Below, piece after piece: positions 20,084 through 29,223 of a stretch of DNA of 64,000 nucleotides. Under the pieces are notes generated by a model that made no database searches, was not told the DNA's origin, and saw only the letters and a list, made by a program, of their open reading frames with translations. Numbering within the stretch: the first letter of the stretch is position 1; each line of letters starts with the position of its first letter. Source of the stretch: Candidatus Calescibacterium sp. (GTDB lineage Bacteria > Calescibacteriota > Calescibacteriia > Calescibacteriales > Calescibacteriaceae); the NCBI GenBank assembly GCA_025060505.1, contig JANXBU010000003.1, positions 47,124 through 111,123 of the forward strand, read 5' to 3'. Position numbers and translations under genes: made by a program.

Positions 20084-21193
20084 ATGCAATCTGATTCAAA
20101 GATAGTGGTTTTCGGAGCAAGTGGTCTTGTTGGAAATTCAATATTAAAGAAGCTAATAAACAGAGGATACAAAAATATTGTATCTGTTTACAGAACGAAG
20201 CTACCTGAGGTAGATGGGAACACTAAACTCGTGAAATTGGATTTGATAAGACAGCAAGAGGTAGAAGATTTTTTTCAGAGAGAAAAACCTGAATATGTTT
20301 TCTTTGCGGCTTCTCGTGTTGGTGGTATTTACGCTAATAGTACCTACAAAGCTGATTTCATTTATGAGAACATAATTATTGCTGCGAATGTGATCCACTC
20401 ATCTTTCAAATTCGGGGTCAGAAAGCTTCTTAATCTTGGTTCATCTTGTATATATCCTAGGAACTCTCCTCAACCAATGAAAGAAGAATATCTTCTAACG
20501 GGGATGCTTGAAGCAACAAACGAACCTTACGCAATAGCAAAAATATCAGCAATAAAACTTTGTAGGTACTATAATGAACAATATGGGACAAATTTTATTT
20601 CTGTTATGCCAACGAATCTGTATGGTCCAGGGGATAATTTTGACCTGATGAATTCGCATGTTCTTCCTGCACTTATAAGAAAATTTCATCTCGGAAAACT
20701 CATCTTGAATGAAGACTGGGAAAACCTATATTTAGATATCAGGAGAAGACCCATAGATTCTCTTGATAGAAATTCAAAAAGAGAAGATATTTTAGCTGTT
20801 CTTAGAAGATATGGTGTAGATAAAGGTACTGTTTATGTATGGGGAACTGGGGAAGTTTACAGAGAATTTCTTTATGTTGAAGATATGGCTGATGCTTGTG
20901 TTTTCCTGATGGAGAAAATAGATGCAAAGGATATGAAAAAAATATCCCCAGACTTTTTTGTAAATGTTGGTGTTGGAGAGGACATAAAAATAAAGGATCT
21001 AGCAAAAATGGTAAAGGAAGTTGTTGGTTTTTCAGGAAAAATAGAACATGATCTTACAAAGCCAGATGGTGTTCCGAGAAAGCTGCTCGATATAAGCAAG
21101 ATCAGAGAACTTGGTTGGGAGCCAAAGCTCAAAGATATAATAGAGGGAATAAAAATAACTTATCAGTGGTATTTGAAAGATATTCACTCATAA
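20084..21193 (+). CDS. fcl: GDP-L-fucose synthase (GDP-4-keto-6-deoxymannose 3,5-epimerase/4-reductase), with a ~45-aa internal insertion.
   Basis: Short-chain-dehydrogenase-like N-terminus (VFGASGLVGNSI), SSCIYP, and YAIAKISAIKLC (the YxxxK catalytic region). The insertion lies between RKFH and VWGTG. Confidence 0.85.
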   Translation: MQSDSKIVVFGASGLVGNSILKKLINRGYKNIVSVYRTKLPEVDGNTKLVKLDLIRQQEVEDFFQREKPEYVFFAASRVGGIYANSTYKADFIYENIIIAANVIHSSFKFGVRKLLNLGSSCIYPRNSPQPMKEEYLLTGMLEATNEPYAIAKISAIKLCRYYNEQYGTNFISVMPTNLYGPGDNFDLMNSHVLPALIRKFHLGKLILNEDWENLYLDIRRRPIDSLDRNSKREDILAVLRRYGVDKGTVYVWGTGEVYREFLYVEDMADACVFLMEKIDAKDMKKISPDFFVNVGVGEDIKIKDLAKMVKEVVGFSGKIEHDLTKPDGVPRKLLDISKIRELGWEPKLKDIIEGIKITYQWYLKDIHS

Positions 21194-21248
21194 CTTTCTG
21201 AGAACTGCTGAAAGGATTTTTTCAATTTTTAATTTTTTGTATTTGTGG

Positions 21249-21335
21249 GCCGAGGTGGCGGAATTGGCAGACGCGTAGGACTCAGGATCCTATGGGGGAA
21301 ACCCCGTGCGGGTTCAACTCCCGCCCTCGGCACCA
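21249..21335 (+). tRNA. tRNA-Leu (anticodon CAG).
   Basis: Cloverleaf folded by hand. 7-bp acceptor GCCGAGG/CCTCGGC, anticodon loop CUCAGGA, long variable arm, T-loop GTTCAAC, discriminator A, and CCA encoded. Confidence 0.9.
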
Positions 21336-21546
21336 AATGCAATAGAATTCACCGAATAATTAAATATAAACAAAGATAATCCTACTCTGATGCAAACAAA
21401 AGGTCTAGCCAAATGAGATAAAGAAAAAATCAAAGCTTCTCTGCATATAAAAAGGAGATTTCCTACGATTTAGATACCTGTAATCTATAGGGCAAAAAAT
21501 CTGAATTTACAAATATATTTTGCCTTTATAAAAAATATATAAAAAT

Positions 21547-22179
21547 ATGGCAAAAAGGCGTATAGGTATAACACATATACACTCACCTGATGAGCAAGTT
21601 CCTTTTGAGTTCCTTCCAGCAGAATATGGTGTATATAAAGATAATCTCAAAGAATGGGCAAATGAACACTATATTGCAAAAAGATTTCCTAAAAAGGGAA
21701 GTATAACAGAGGAAGAAAAAAACAGGATAAAAAGTTTCTTTGAAACAAGAAGAAAGGAATTCCCAGACGGAACATCTGCTTTGCTTCCGGTTCTGAACGA
21801 CATAAAGAAGAACTACGGTGTAGTTTATACAGAATATATGGATGAGGTGGCGAACCTGTTTGGTGTTCATCCGTCTTATGTTCTTGGGGTTGCCACTTTT
21901 TATACAATGCTTGAAGGCTTTGATGGAAAAGCAGAAATATATGTATGCAATTCTCTTCCTTGCTATCTTCAAGGTTCAGAGGAAATTTTGCAAGAGTTCC
22001 TGAGGAAGGCAGACGATGAAGTAGAAATAAGAGAATGGGTTTGCCTTGGAAGATGTGAGTTTGCTCCAGTTGTTCATATTCCATATACAGAAAAGTCGTT
22101 TGGGCACGTTACCAAAGAAGATGTTGAGCAGATAATAAAAATATCTAAGGAAGTTTGTCCTTGGAGGAACAAAAAATAA
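21547..22179 (+). CDS. NuoE-like thioredoxin-fold [2Fe-2S] ferredoxin (NADH dehydrogenase 24-kDa subunit family), standalone, with a ~50-aa N-terminal extension.
   Basis: Cluster ligands are spaced as in NuoE/HoxF-N: CNSLPC ... CLGRCEFAP. LLPVLNDIKKNYG is the NuoE N-terminal motif. No other nuo or hydrogenase genes are nearby. Confidence 0.7.
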   Translation: MAKRRIGITHIHSPDEQVPFEFLPAEYGVYKDNLKEWANEHYIAKRFPKKGSITEEEKNRIKSFFETRRKEFPDGTSALLPVLNDIKKNYGVVYTEYMDEVANLFGVHPSYVLGVATFYTMLEGFDGKAEIYVCNSLPCYLQGSEEILQEFLRKADDEVEIREWVCLGRCEFAPVVHIPYTEKSFGHVTKEDVEQIIKISKEVCPWRNKK

Positions 22180-22322
22180 ATTTCTTTAAAAATGTTTCTG
22201 TACTGAAACTTAAAAGGAATTTTTTTGAAACATCACATTATGATTGACTATAAATCCTGAAAATAAAATTTTACTTTCGAGTAGGAACAAAATTTGCAAT
22301 AATTGTTGAGGAGGTACGAAGT

Positions 22323-23051
22323 ATGGATAATGTAAGATATGCTTTGAAGGAAGATCAAATAGAACAAGCGGCTCAAAGTTTAGAAACAGCATCGGCGGAA
22401 GAAATAATAAAGTGGGCTGTTCAGAATTTTGGAAATAGGTTGGCAATTGGTTGTTCTCTTGGTGCAGAAGATATGGTCATTATGGATATCGCTGTAAAAA
22501 TAAAACCAGATGTTCCATTTCTTTTCTTAGATACAGATTTTCATTTTGCAGATACACTCGAACTTCTTGAAAAAGCCAAGAGAAAGTATGGAGCTAATAT
22601 AATTGCACTCAAATCTGAATATACACCGGAGGAGCAAGCAAAGAAATTTGGTCCTCAGCTTTTTTTCACAGAACCGAATTTATGCTGTACTTTGAGAAAA
22701 GTTATGCCGCTTAAATCCGCTCTTTTAAATTACGAAGCTTGGATCACCGGGATAAGAAGAGAACAAGCTCCAACCAGGCGCAATGCAAAAGTTGTTGAAC
22801 AGGACAAAGTCTTTGGTCTCATAAAAGTAAATCCACTTGTCAGATGGACTCATCAGGATGTTTGGGACTACATAAAGAGAAACTCAGTTCCGTACAATCG
22901 CTTGCATGATATGGGATATCCTTCAATTGGTTGTGCTCCTTGCACTCAACCTGTAAAACCGGGGCAAGATCCAAGATCTGGTAGATGGGCTGGAACAGGA
23001 AAGACAGAGTGTGGACTCCACTCAGAAAAAGATATTGCAAAGCTAACATAA
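22323..23051 (+). CDS. cysH: Adenylyl-sulfate / phosphoadenylyl-sulfate reductase (thioredoxin-dependent, Fe-S type).
   Basis: PAPS_reduct fold (LAIGCSLGAEDMVIMD, FLDTDFHF), the CC...CxxC cysteine set (LCCTLRK, IGCAPC) and a C-terminal ECGLH motif. Confidence 0.85.
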   Translation: MDNVRYALKEDQIEQAAQSLETASAEEIIKWAVQNFGNRLAIGCSLGAEDMVIMDIAVKIKPDVPFLFLDTDFHFADTLELLEKAKRKYGANIIALKSEYTPEEQAKKFGPQLFFTEPNLCCTLRKVMPLKSALLNYEAWITGIRREQAPTRRNAKVVEQDKVFGLIKVNPLVRWTHQDVWDYIKRNSVPYNRLHDMGYPSIGCAPCTQPVKPGQDPRSGRWAGTGKTECGLHSEKDIAKLT

Positions 23052-23066
23052 TTTGCTTGTATCTTA

Positions 23067-23609
23067 ATGTCACAATTTGATGCTAAAGAAAGAATATTAC
23101 AAATAATAAAGCAGAAAGCTGTACTGAGGGGTAAATTTATTCTATCATCTGGGAAGGAATCAGACTATTACATAGATATAAAAAAGGTTTCTTTTGATGG
23201 TGAGTTTTTGGAACTTGTTTCAGATATTATAGCTGATCTGATATTTAGCAATTTCAAAACTTGTGATGTTGCTGGTGTAGAGCTTGGAGGAGTTCCTCTT
23301 GTTTCTGCTACTGTATTGAAGATCAAACAAAAGGGATTTGATTCAAAAGGTGTTATTATCAGAAAAAATCCGAAAGAATACGGAACACAAAAATGGATAG
23401 AGGGACCGGACAACATCAGCAAAGTTGTTCTTATAGAAGATGTGATAACTACAGGTGCAACTACTCTTTCTGCAATAGATAAACTAAGGCAAAACGGAAT
23501 AGAAGCCGAGGGGGTTATATGTGTTGTAAACAGGGGTGGGCTTCGAAACATAGCTGATAAGAACATCAAAGCAATGAGTATATTTGAGTTGCAAGATATA
23601 ATCTCATGA
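23067..23609 (+). CDS. pyrE: Orotate phosphoribosyltransferase.
   Basis: ILSSGKESDYYIDIKK and the PRPP-binding loop VLLIEDVITTGATTLSAI. Confidence 0.9.
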   Translation: MSQFDAKERILQIIKQKAVLRGKFILSSGKESDYYIDIKKVSFDGEFLELVSDIIADLIFSNFKTCDVAGVELGGVPLVSATVLKIKQKGFDSKGVIIRKNPKEYGTQKWIEGPDNISKVVLIEDVITTGATTLSAIDKLRQNGIEAEGVICVVNRGGLRNIADKNIKAMSIFELQDIIS

Positions 23610-23816
23610 GCTGGTTTGAACTTTATTTTGTTTTCATAAATGTTTTTGTGGATAAACTTTGAGAATATCATTCTTGTTCCCAAATATGCAAAGCTATCTT
23701 TCAGAGATTGCTGTTTGTGATGTTTTCCAAAATATTTGAGATTGAGCAAATACATCAGTATTATTGCTGAAAAATTTGTAATTAATTTTATTAATCTCCA
23801 TTCTTGACGTATTGGA

Positions 23817-24893
23817 ATGTCTTACTATTTTAGAACTTTCAAGATAAAATTTATTCTCTTTAATCTTGTTCTATCATCTGTTTTTTTATACAAAGGTAAA
23901 TTGAGAGCCGATGATTTACAAGAAACAGAAAGGATATTTCATACACTCTGTTCAACTTGTCATGGAAAAGATGGAGGAGGAATATCAGATGAAGATGTTC
24001 AAAAGCTTGGTTTAGATAAGGCTCCAGCGAATTTTAGAGATGTACAGTTCAGTTCAAGAGAACCGAAGTATGTTTGGAAAAGGGTTATAAGGGATGGTGG
24101 GGAAAGACATGGTTATTCCAGGTATATGCCATCTTTTGGCAATGTTCTTTCAGAAGCTCAAATAGATCAAATTGTTAGATATATCAAGGGTTTGGGTTAC
24201 GATCCAAGTTATCCTCAGGGAGAGCTGAATTTTACTCGAGCTATATTTACTGCGAAGGCTTTTCCGGAAGATGAGTTTATATACATAGGAAACTATACGA
24301 AGTCAAAATTGGTTTCTTATAAACAAACTTTTTACTTTGCAAAGAGAATAGGAAATGTCTATCAGGTGGAGTTTAAAAATTCATTCATACATTCTTCAGA
24401 TTTTTCGGGAGAATTTGAGACAGGGGTAAAATGGAATTTTCTGCATCTTGAACATAATCTGATTATCTCTTCATTTGGCTTTGAGGTTGCTATACCTTAT
24501 ATGTCTGATGAGAAATGGGTCTATGCTCCATATCTTGCATTTGGAAAGGGCTTTGGTAATCGTTTCAGTTTTCAGATTAGCTCAAAGTTGATGCATAGTT
24601 TGGTCTCCAAAGAAATTAAACTTAATCTGAGCTCTGCTTTTCATTTTATTCCAACAGTAGAGGTTGGACGGACAATCATTCCAGCTCTTGAATTTTTGGC
24701 CGATTATTCTCCGAAGGAAGATTATTTAGTGCCTTATTTGGTTCCTCAGCTATATTTCTCTATATCAAAAAGGGGTCATCTCGCTTTGAATATTGGTTTC
24801 AAGCAACCATTGAGAACATCAGATGAAAAATTCTCTGTTGTAGGTTTCCTGCTGTGGGAATATATTGACGGATGGTTTTTTGAGGGACTATAA
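23817..24893 (+). CDS. Mono-heme c-type cytochrome domain fused to a ~230-aa predicted beta-barrel/beta-rich domain. Hypothetical.
   Basis: Signal peptide, then a CSTCH heme-binding site with a downstream Met ligand region (RYMPSFG), typical of class I cytochrome c. The C-terminal two-thirds show alternating hydrophobic and aromatic strands. Confidence 0.6.
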   Translation: MSYYFRTFKIKFILFNLVLSSVFLYKGKLRADDLQETERIFHTLCSTCHGKDGGGISDEDVQKLGLDKAPANFRDVQFSSREPKYVWKRVIRDGGERHGYSRYMPSFGNVLSEAQIDQIVRYIKGLGYDPSYPQGELNFTRAIFTAKAFPEDEFIYIGNYTKSKLVSYKQTFYFAKRIGNVYQVEFKNSFIHSSDFSGEFETGVKWNFLHLEHNLIISSFGFEVAIPYMSDEKWVYAPYLAFGKGFGNRFSFQISSKLMHSLVSKEIKLNLSSAFHFIPTVEVGRTIIPALEFLADYSPKEDYLVPYLVPQLYFSISKRGHLALNIGFKQPLRTSDEKFSVVGFLLWEYIDGWFFEGL

Positions 24894-24948
24894 GTGATGC
24901 GGAGTATCCCAAACAGATAAATACTTTGTATTTCTTTTATTCAGTCTT

Positions 24949-25875
24949 TTGAATAGATTCAATTTCAAATTTTTAAGTTTTGGATTTATGAAGGTTATAG
25001 TATTTGGCTATGGAGGACAGCTCGGAACAGATATTGTAAGGTGTATTGAGGGGAAAGCGAATTACAAAATTTTTGCTTTCAGACATCAGGATTTAGATAT
25101 AAATGATTTTGAAAAAGTCAAAGAGGTTATCTTATCGATAAAGCCGGATATTGTTTTCAATTGTTCTGCTTGGAACAAAGTTGACGATGCAGAGTTTCCG
25201 GAAAACTCAAATTTAGTTTTCAGAACAAATGCTTTTGCTCCATCAAACATGGCTCGTGTGTCCTCAAGAATAAAATCTATATTTGTAAATATATCCACAG
25301 ATTATGTATTTGATGGAAGAAAAATGATGCCTTATGAAGAAACGGATGATGTTAATCCTTTGAGTGTTTATGCGCTCTCTAAGCTACTTGGAGAGCTTTT
25401 GGTAAAAAAACATTCTGAGAGATACATAATAGTTCGTTCTGGTGGACTTTACGGGATATCTGGTTCGTTTGTATCTCAAAGAACATATAGAAACTTTGTT
25501 GAAAGAGTTATAGAAAATGTATCTGCTGGCAAAAAAATGAAGATAGTGAATGATGTTTTCTCAGCTCCAACTTATACTTTTGATCTTGCGAGAAAAATAT
25601 GCGAGATTGTTGAGGACGGTTTTTTGGGCATTATACATATAATGCAAAATGGTGTTATTTCATGGTTTGATTTTTCAATACAAATTTGTAAGATGATGAG
25701 ATTTGATGAATCTTATATAGAACCTGTGACTTATGATCAACTTAATCCAATAGCAAAGAGACCAAAATTCTCTGTTTTAAAAAATTCAATACTTGATAAA
25801 CTTGGGAAAAATGACCTGATGGATATTCAAGAAGCTTTGGAAAAATATCTGAAAGAAAGATCAAGATATATTTGA
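24949..25875 (+). CDS. rmlD: dTDP-4-dehydrorhamnose reductase. Likely true start is the ATG at 24988, MKVIVFG.
   Basis: MKVIVFGYGGQLGTDIV (Rossmann fold), YALSKLLGE (YxxxK) and IIVRSGGLYG are RmlD hallmarks. Confidence 0.8.
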   Translation: MNRFNFKFLSFGFMKVIVFGYGGQLGTDIVRCIEGKANYKIFAFRHQDLDINDFEKVKEVILSIKPDIVFNCSAWNKVDDAEFPENSNLVFRTNAFAPSNMARVSSRIKSIFVNISTDYVFDGRKMMPYEETDDVNPLSVYALSKLLGELLVKKHSERYIIVRSGGLYGISGSFVSQRTYRNFVERVIENVSAGKKMKIVNDVFSAPTYTFDLARKICEIVEDGFLGIIHIMQNGVISWFDFSIQICKMMRFDESYIEPVTYDQLNPIAKRPKFSVLKNSILDKLGKNDLMDIQEALEKYLKERSRYI

Positions 25876-25973
25876 CGGAAGAGTTACTGTTAATGTAGAG
25901 GCTGTGCAGAGAAAAGAATTTCATATTTCAGAAAATTTGTAAATTGAATTAATTCCTGTAAATTTACACATAA

Positions 25974-27140
25974 ATGTTTCTCATTCTCTTGGCAATAACT
26001 GGGACTTTACCTTGGGTCATAACAAAGTTTGTGTTTGGGCATGTTGTAAATTATATCCAGGTTGTTTTAACTGGTATATGTATCATTTCGGCAGGTTTTC
26101 TTTTATCTTGGGCTTCTGATGCTTCAAGAAAATATATATCTGGAGCACTTTCCATAGCTATTGTTGCAATTCTTGCAGTTTTGCCGGAGTATGCTGTAGA
26201 CATTTATCTTTCATACAAGGCAGGTATAGATGAGCAGTATTCACATTACGCCGTTGCGAATATGACGGGAGCGAACAGGCTTCTGATAGGTGTTGGATGG
26301 CCAGCTATACTTCTGGCTTTTTTGGTTTTCGGAAGAAAAGGAGCCGAGATAAACCTGAAATCAGGAATCGAATTTGATGAAAAGGTTAGAAACGAAATAT
26401 TTTTTCTCCTTATTTCTACAATATGGAGTTTCAATCTGTTTATAAAGAAAAGTATATCTCTTATTGATTCTCTTTTTCTTATTCTGATTTTTGGAATTTA
26501 CATATATAGGGCTTCTAAGGAGGAGACCGAGGAGCTCGAAGAGGATTTTGAGCCAATCAGGACCATAAATCATCTGAAAAAAGGTGTTGCTATTCCTCTT
26601 ATTGTTTTTATGTTTGCTTGGTCTGGTTTTGCAATTTTCATCTCCGCAGAAAGTTTTGCAGAAGGACTCATTTCTCTTGGAAAAGAATTTGGAATAAATG
26701 AGTTTTTACTGATTCAGTGGCTTGCTCCCTTCGCTTCTGAATCTCCTGAGTTTGTGATAGTTCTCATATGGGCAGTCAAAGCTCGTGGATCAGATGCTCT
26801 AAGAGCTCTTGTCTCTTCAAAGGTTAATCAGTGGACTCTTCTTATAGGCTGTATACCACTTGCTTACAGTTTTTCTAAATTCATTCACGGTAAAGAGAAT
26901 GTTCTCGGTGCTCTTGCTCTTGATCACAGACAACAATGGGAAGTTTTTCTAACCTCAGCTCAATCGCTTTTTGCGTTTTTCTTGATATATGACCTGAAAT
27001 TTTCTCTCAAGGAGGCGCTTTTGCTTGCTGTTCTATTTTTCGCCCAGTTTTTCGTTGAACATCTGAGAGAGGAGATGACATTTGTATATTTCGCTCTGTG
27101 TATTCCGTTTTTTATCTTGAAGTATTATAAAAAGGTCTGA
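25974..27140 (+). CDS. Polytopic membrane protein, possibly of the CaCA (Na+/Ca2+ exchanger-like) superfamily.
   Basis: About 10 TM segments. Two alpha-repeat-like motifs (LAVLPEYAV and ASESPEFVIV) resemble the GTS(L/A)PE repeats of YrbG-type exchangers. Confidence 0.45.
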   Translation: MFLILLAITGTLPWVITKFVFGHVVNYIQVVLTGICIISAGFLLSWASDASRKYISGALSIAIVAILAVLPEYAVDIYLSYKAGIDEQYSHYAVANMTGANRLLIGVGWPAILLAFLVFGRKGAEINLKSGIEFDEKVRNEIFFLLISTIWSFNLFIKKSISLIDSLFLILIFGIYIYRASKEETEELEEDFEPIRTINHLKKGVAIPLIVFMFAWSGFAIFISAESFAEGLISLGKEFGINEFLLIQWLAPFASESPEFVIVLIWAVKARGSDALRALVSSKVNQWTLLIGCIPLAYSFSKFIHGKENVLGALALDHRQQWEVFLTSAQSLFAFFLIYDLKFSLKEALLLAVLFFAQFFVEHLREEMTFVYFALCIPFFILKYYKKV

Positions 27141-27179
27141 TTAAGAAGATGGCATAATACAAACTTTTTCAAATTCCTT

Positions 27180-28709
27180 TTATCTCATGAATTCCGTTAT
27201 TTTTCTTGAGATGTGCTTTATGAGTGCGTCTGGATGAAGAGGTTCAATTGGTAAGCTCAGAATTTGTTTTGTAATTTCTTCGGTGTAGAGGTTGTCGTAA
27301 ACTTTGCTGTTTCTTGCAATTGATGGAACTTTATGCATTGGGTATGGATAATATACTCTTGTTTCAATGTTGTTTCTTGAGAGAAAATCTCGTAGTTCAT
27401 CTGCCTTTTTTCTTTTCAATCTTATTGTGTACTGGTGATATACATGGAACCTTTTTGGTGGCTCATACGGCAAAATTATATCAGGGTGATTTATTTCTCT
27501 GTTGTATATTTCAGCTATTTTTCTTCTCCTTTCCGTAAAGAATTCTATCTTATCGAGTTTTTTTAGTAGAAGACTTGCTTGTATTGTATCTAATCTTGAA
27601 TTCATACCTATGTACTCTGCATAGTCTCTTATCTTTGACCCGTGCTTCCCGAGAATACTTGCATACTCATATATTTTTTGATCATTTGTTGCGATGACTC
27701 CTCCATCGCCATGCCCACCAAGATTCTTTGAAGGGAAGAAGCTGAAACACCCGACATCTCCTATTGTACCGGTGTATTTTCCATTGAACTTTGAGTAAAA
27801 ACTCTGCGCGCAATCTTCAACTACAAAAAGGTTATGTCTCTTTGCTATATCTAATATAGCATCCATATCTGCTGGTAATCCGTAAAGATGAACAACAACA
27901 ATACCCCGAGTCTTTTTCGTTATTGATTCTTCTATTGATTCTGGAGATATTGTGTATGTTTTTTCATCAACATTAGCTATAACAGGTGTTGCTCCAGAAA
28001 GTATTACGGCTTCGGCAGTTGCTAAAAAAGTGAGATCTGGAACTATTATTTCATCTTCTTCTTTGGAAAAAAATTCTTTGTTGAATCTTGAGAGCGCTAT
28101 GGCTCTCAGTCCAATAACAAGCGCGTCTGTTCCAGAGTTTACTCCTACAGAATATTTCGCTCCGATTTTTTCACATGTAGCTTTCTCCAATTCCTTTACT
28201 TCTGGACCCAAGATCCAGTTGCCAGAATAAAAAGACTTCAAAAGAGAGGACACAAGTTCGTCTGAGAAATATCTTACCTCCTTGCTCAAAGAAAGCATTC
28301 CGATATTTCCAAAGTCTATTTTTTCCTCATTTATCTCAAGGAAATTTGAAAGGAATTCTTCTGGTGTCAGGTGGCTATTTTCTCTCTTCTGTCTTGTTAT
28401 TATAACAGGGTTTTCTCCAAAAACTATCCATGGGAGAATCTGATTTATACCATCTATTTTTTCATTTTTATTGTGCCATATTGGTATGAAAAACTCTTTT
28501 GCAAAAGAAACTATTTGCTTTAGAGCGGGATTCGAATTTATTTCACCTACTATTTCTTCATCAAAGATTATGTCGCTTGGAATTCTTATTTTCTCTCCCA
28601 TTATGTTTAAAGATTTTGATTCTGCCAATGGGTATAATTTTTTCTGCTTTCTTTTTATTTTTAATGCATTATTTTTTATTTTGCTTGAATTTACTAAGAG
28701 TCTCCTCAA
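27180..28709 (-). CDS. DegT/DnrJ/EryC1/StrS-family PLP-dependent sugar aminotransferase. Maximal ORF reported.
   Basis: The C-terminal ~370 aa carry GPEVKELEK, VGVNSGTDAL, EDCAQS and SFFPSKNLGGHGDGG. The N-terminal ~100-137 aa have no DegT similarity, and the first 41 nt overlap the upstream macro gene. Alternative starts are the ATGs at 28601 or 28298. Confidence 0.75.
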   Translation of the reverse strand: MRRLLVNSSKIKNNALKIKRKQKKLYPLAESKSLNIMGEKIRIPSDIIFDEEIVGEINSNPALKQIVSFAKEFFIPIWHNKNEKIDGINQILPWIVFGENPVIITRQKRENSHLTPEEFLSNFLEINEEKIDFGNIGMLSLSKEVRYFSDELVSSLLKSFYSGNWILGPEVKELEKATCEKIGAKYSVGVNSGTDALVIGLRAIALSRFNKEFFSKEEDEIIVPDLTFLATAEAVILSGATPVIANVDEKTYTISPESIEESITKKTRGIVVVHLYGLPADMDAILDIAKRHNLFVVEDCAQSFYSKFNGKYTGTIGDVGCFSFFPSKNLGGHGDGGVIATNDQKIYEYASILGKHGSKIRDYAEYIGMNSRLDTIQASLLLKKLDKIEFFTERRRKIAEIYNREINHPDIILPYEPPKRFHVYHQYTIRLKRKKADELRDFLSRNNIETRVYYPYPMHKVPSIARNSKVYDNLYTEEITKQILSLPIEPLHPDALIKHISRKITEFMR

Positions 28710-29190
28710 AAGATCTTACCATCTCTTCATCAATATCAACAAGTATTACCTTTTTGATGTTTTTTGGTTTGAATTCTGATATGGCTTTTATTATAAGTTC
28801 TGCTGCTGTTTTTTTATCGACTCCACCAACTCCTGTTCCCATCCCGGGTATAGCTATCGATTTTATTCCGTTCTTATCTGCCTCTTCAAGAGCGCCGTAG
28901 GTTGCTTTGAAAACATTTTCCGCAGGTATAGACATGCCAGGTCTTTCCATTGTTGGAGCATGTATTATTCCCTTGAATTTGTGTTTAAGTTTCCCGGCAG
29001 ATGTTATGATTGCTTTCCCAACGGGTATCGGAGCCTTCTCAATAGCTTCTTTTTCTACTTCATCTCCACATGTTCTTTTCAGAAAGCCAGCTACACCACC
29101 GCCCATATATCCATAAGAGTTCGCTGCATTTACTATTGCCTCTGCCTCAACCTCTATTATGCTTCCTTTTTTTATTTCTATCTCTATCAT
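28669..29190 (-). CDS. Macro-domain protein (ADP-ribose / O-acetyl-ADP-ribose binding/processing).
   Basis: EAEAIVNAANSYGYMGGGVAG and IAIPGMGTGVGG match the macro-domain diphosphate-binding loops. 173 aa. Confidence 0.8.
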   Translation of the reverse strand: MIEIEIKKGSIIEVEAEAIVNAANSYGYMGGGVAGFLKRTCGDEVEKEAIEKAPIPVGKAIITSAGKLKHKFKGIIHAPTMERPGMSIPAENVFKATYGALEEADKNGIKSIAIPGMGTGVGGVDKKTAAELIIKAISEFKPKNIKKVILVDIDEEMVRSFEETLSKFKQNKK

Positions 29191-29223
29191 TTTTATTCTT
29201 TGCGTTAATGTAAGCTATTAAAT

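Noticed and set aside
21583-22084. Two overlapping minus-strand ORFs (129 and 131 aa).
   Set aside because: They are antisense to the NuoE-like gene, which has convincing Fe-S ligand motifs. They are shadow ORFs.
23168-23755. 195-aa minus-strand ORF.
   Set aside because: It is antisense to the well-supported pyrE and runs into the AT-rich spacer. It has no homology-like motifs and is a chance ORF.
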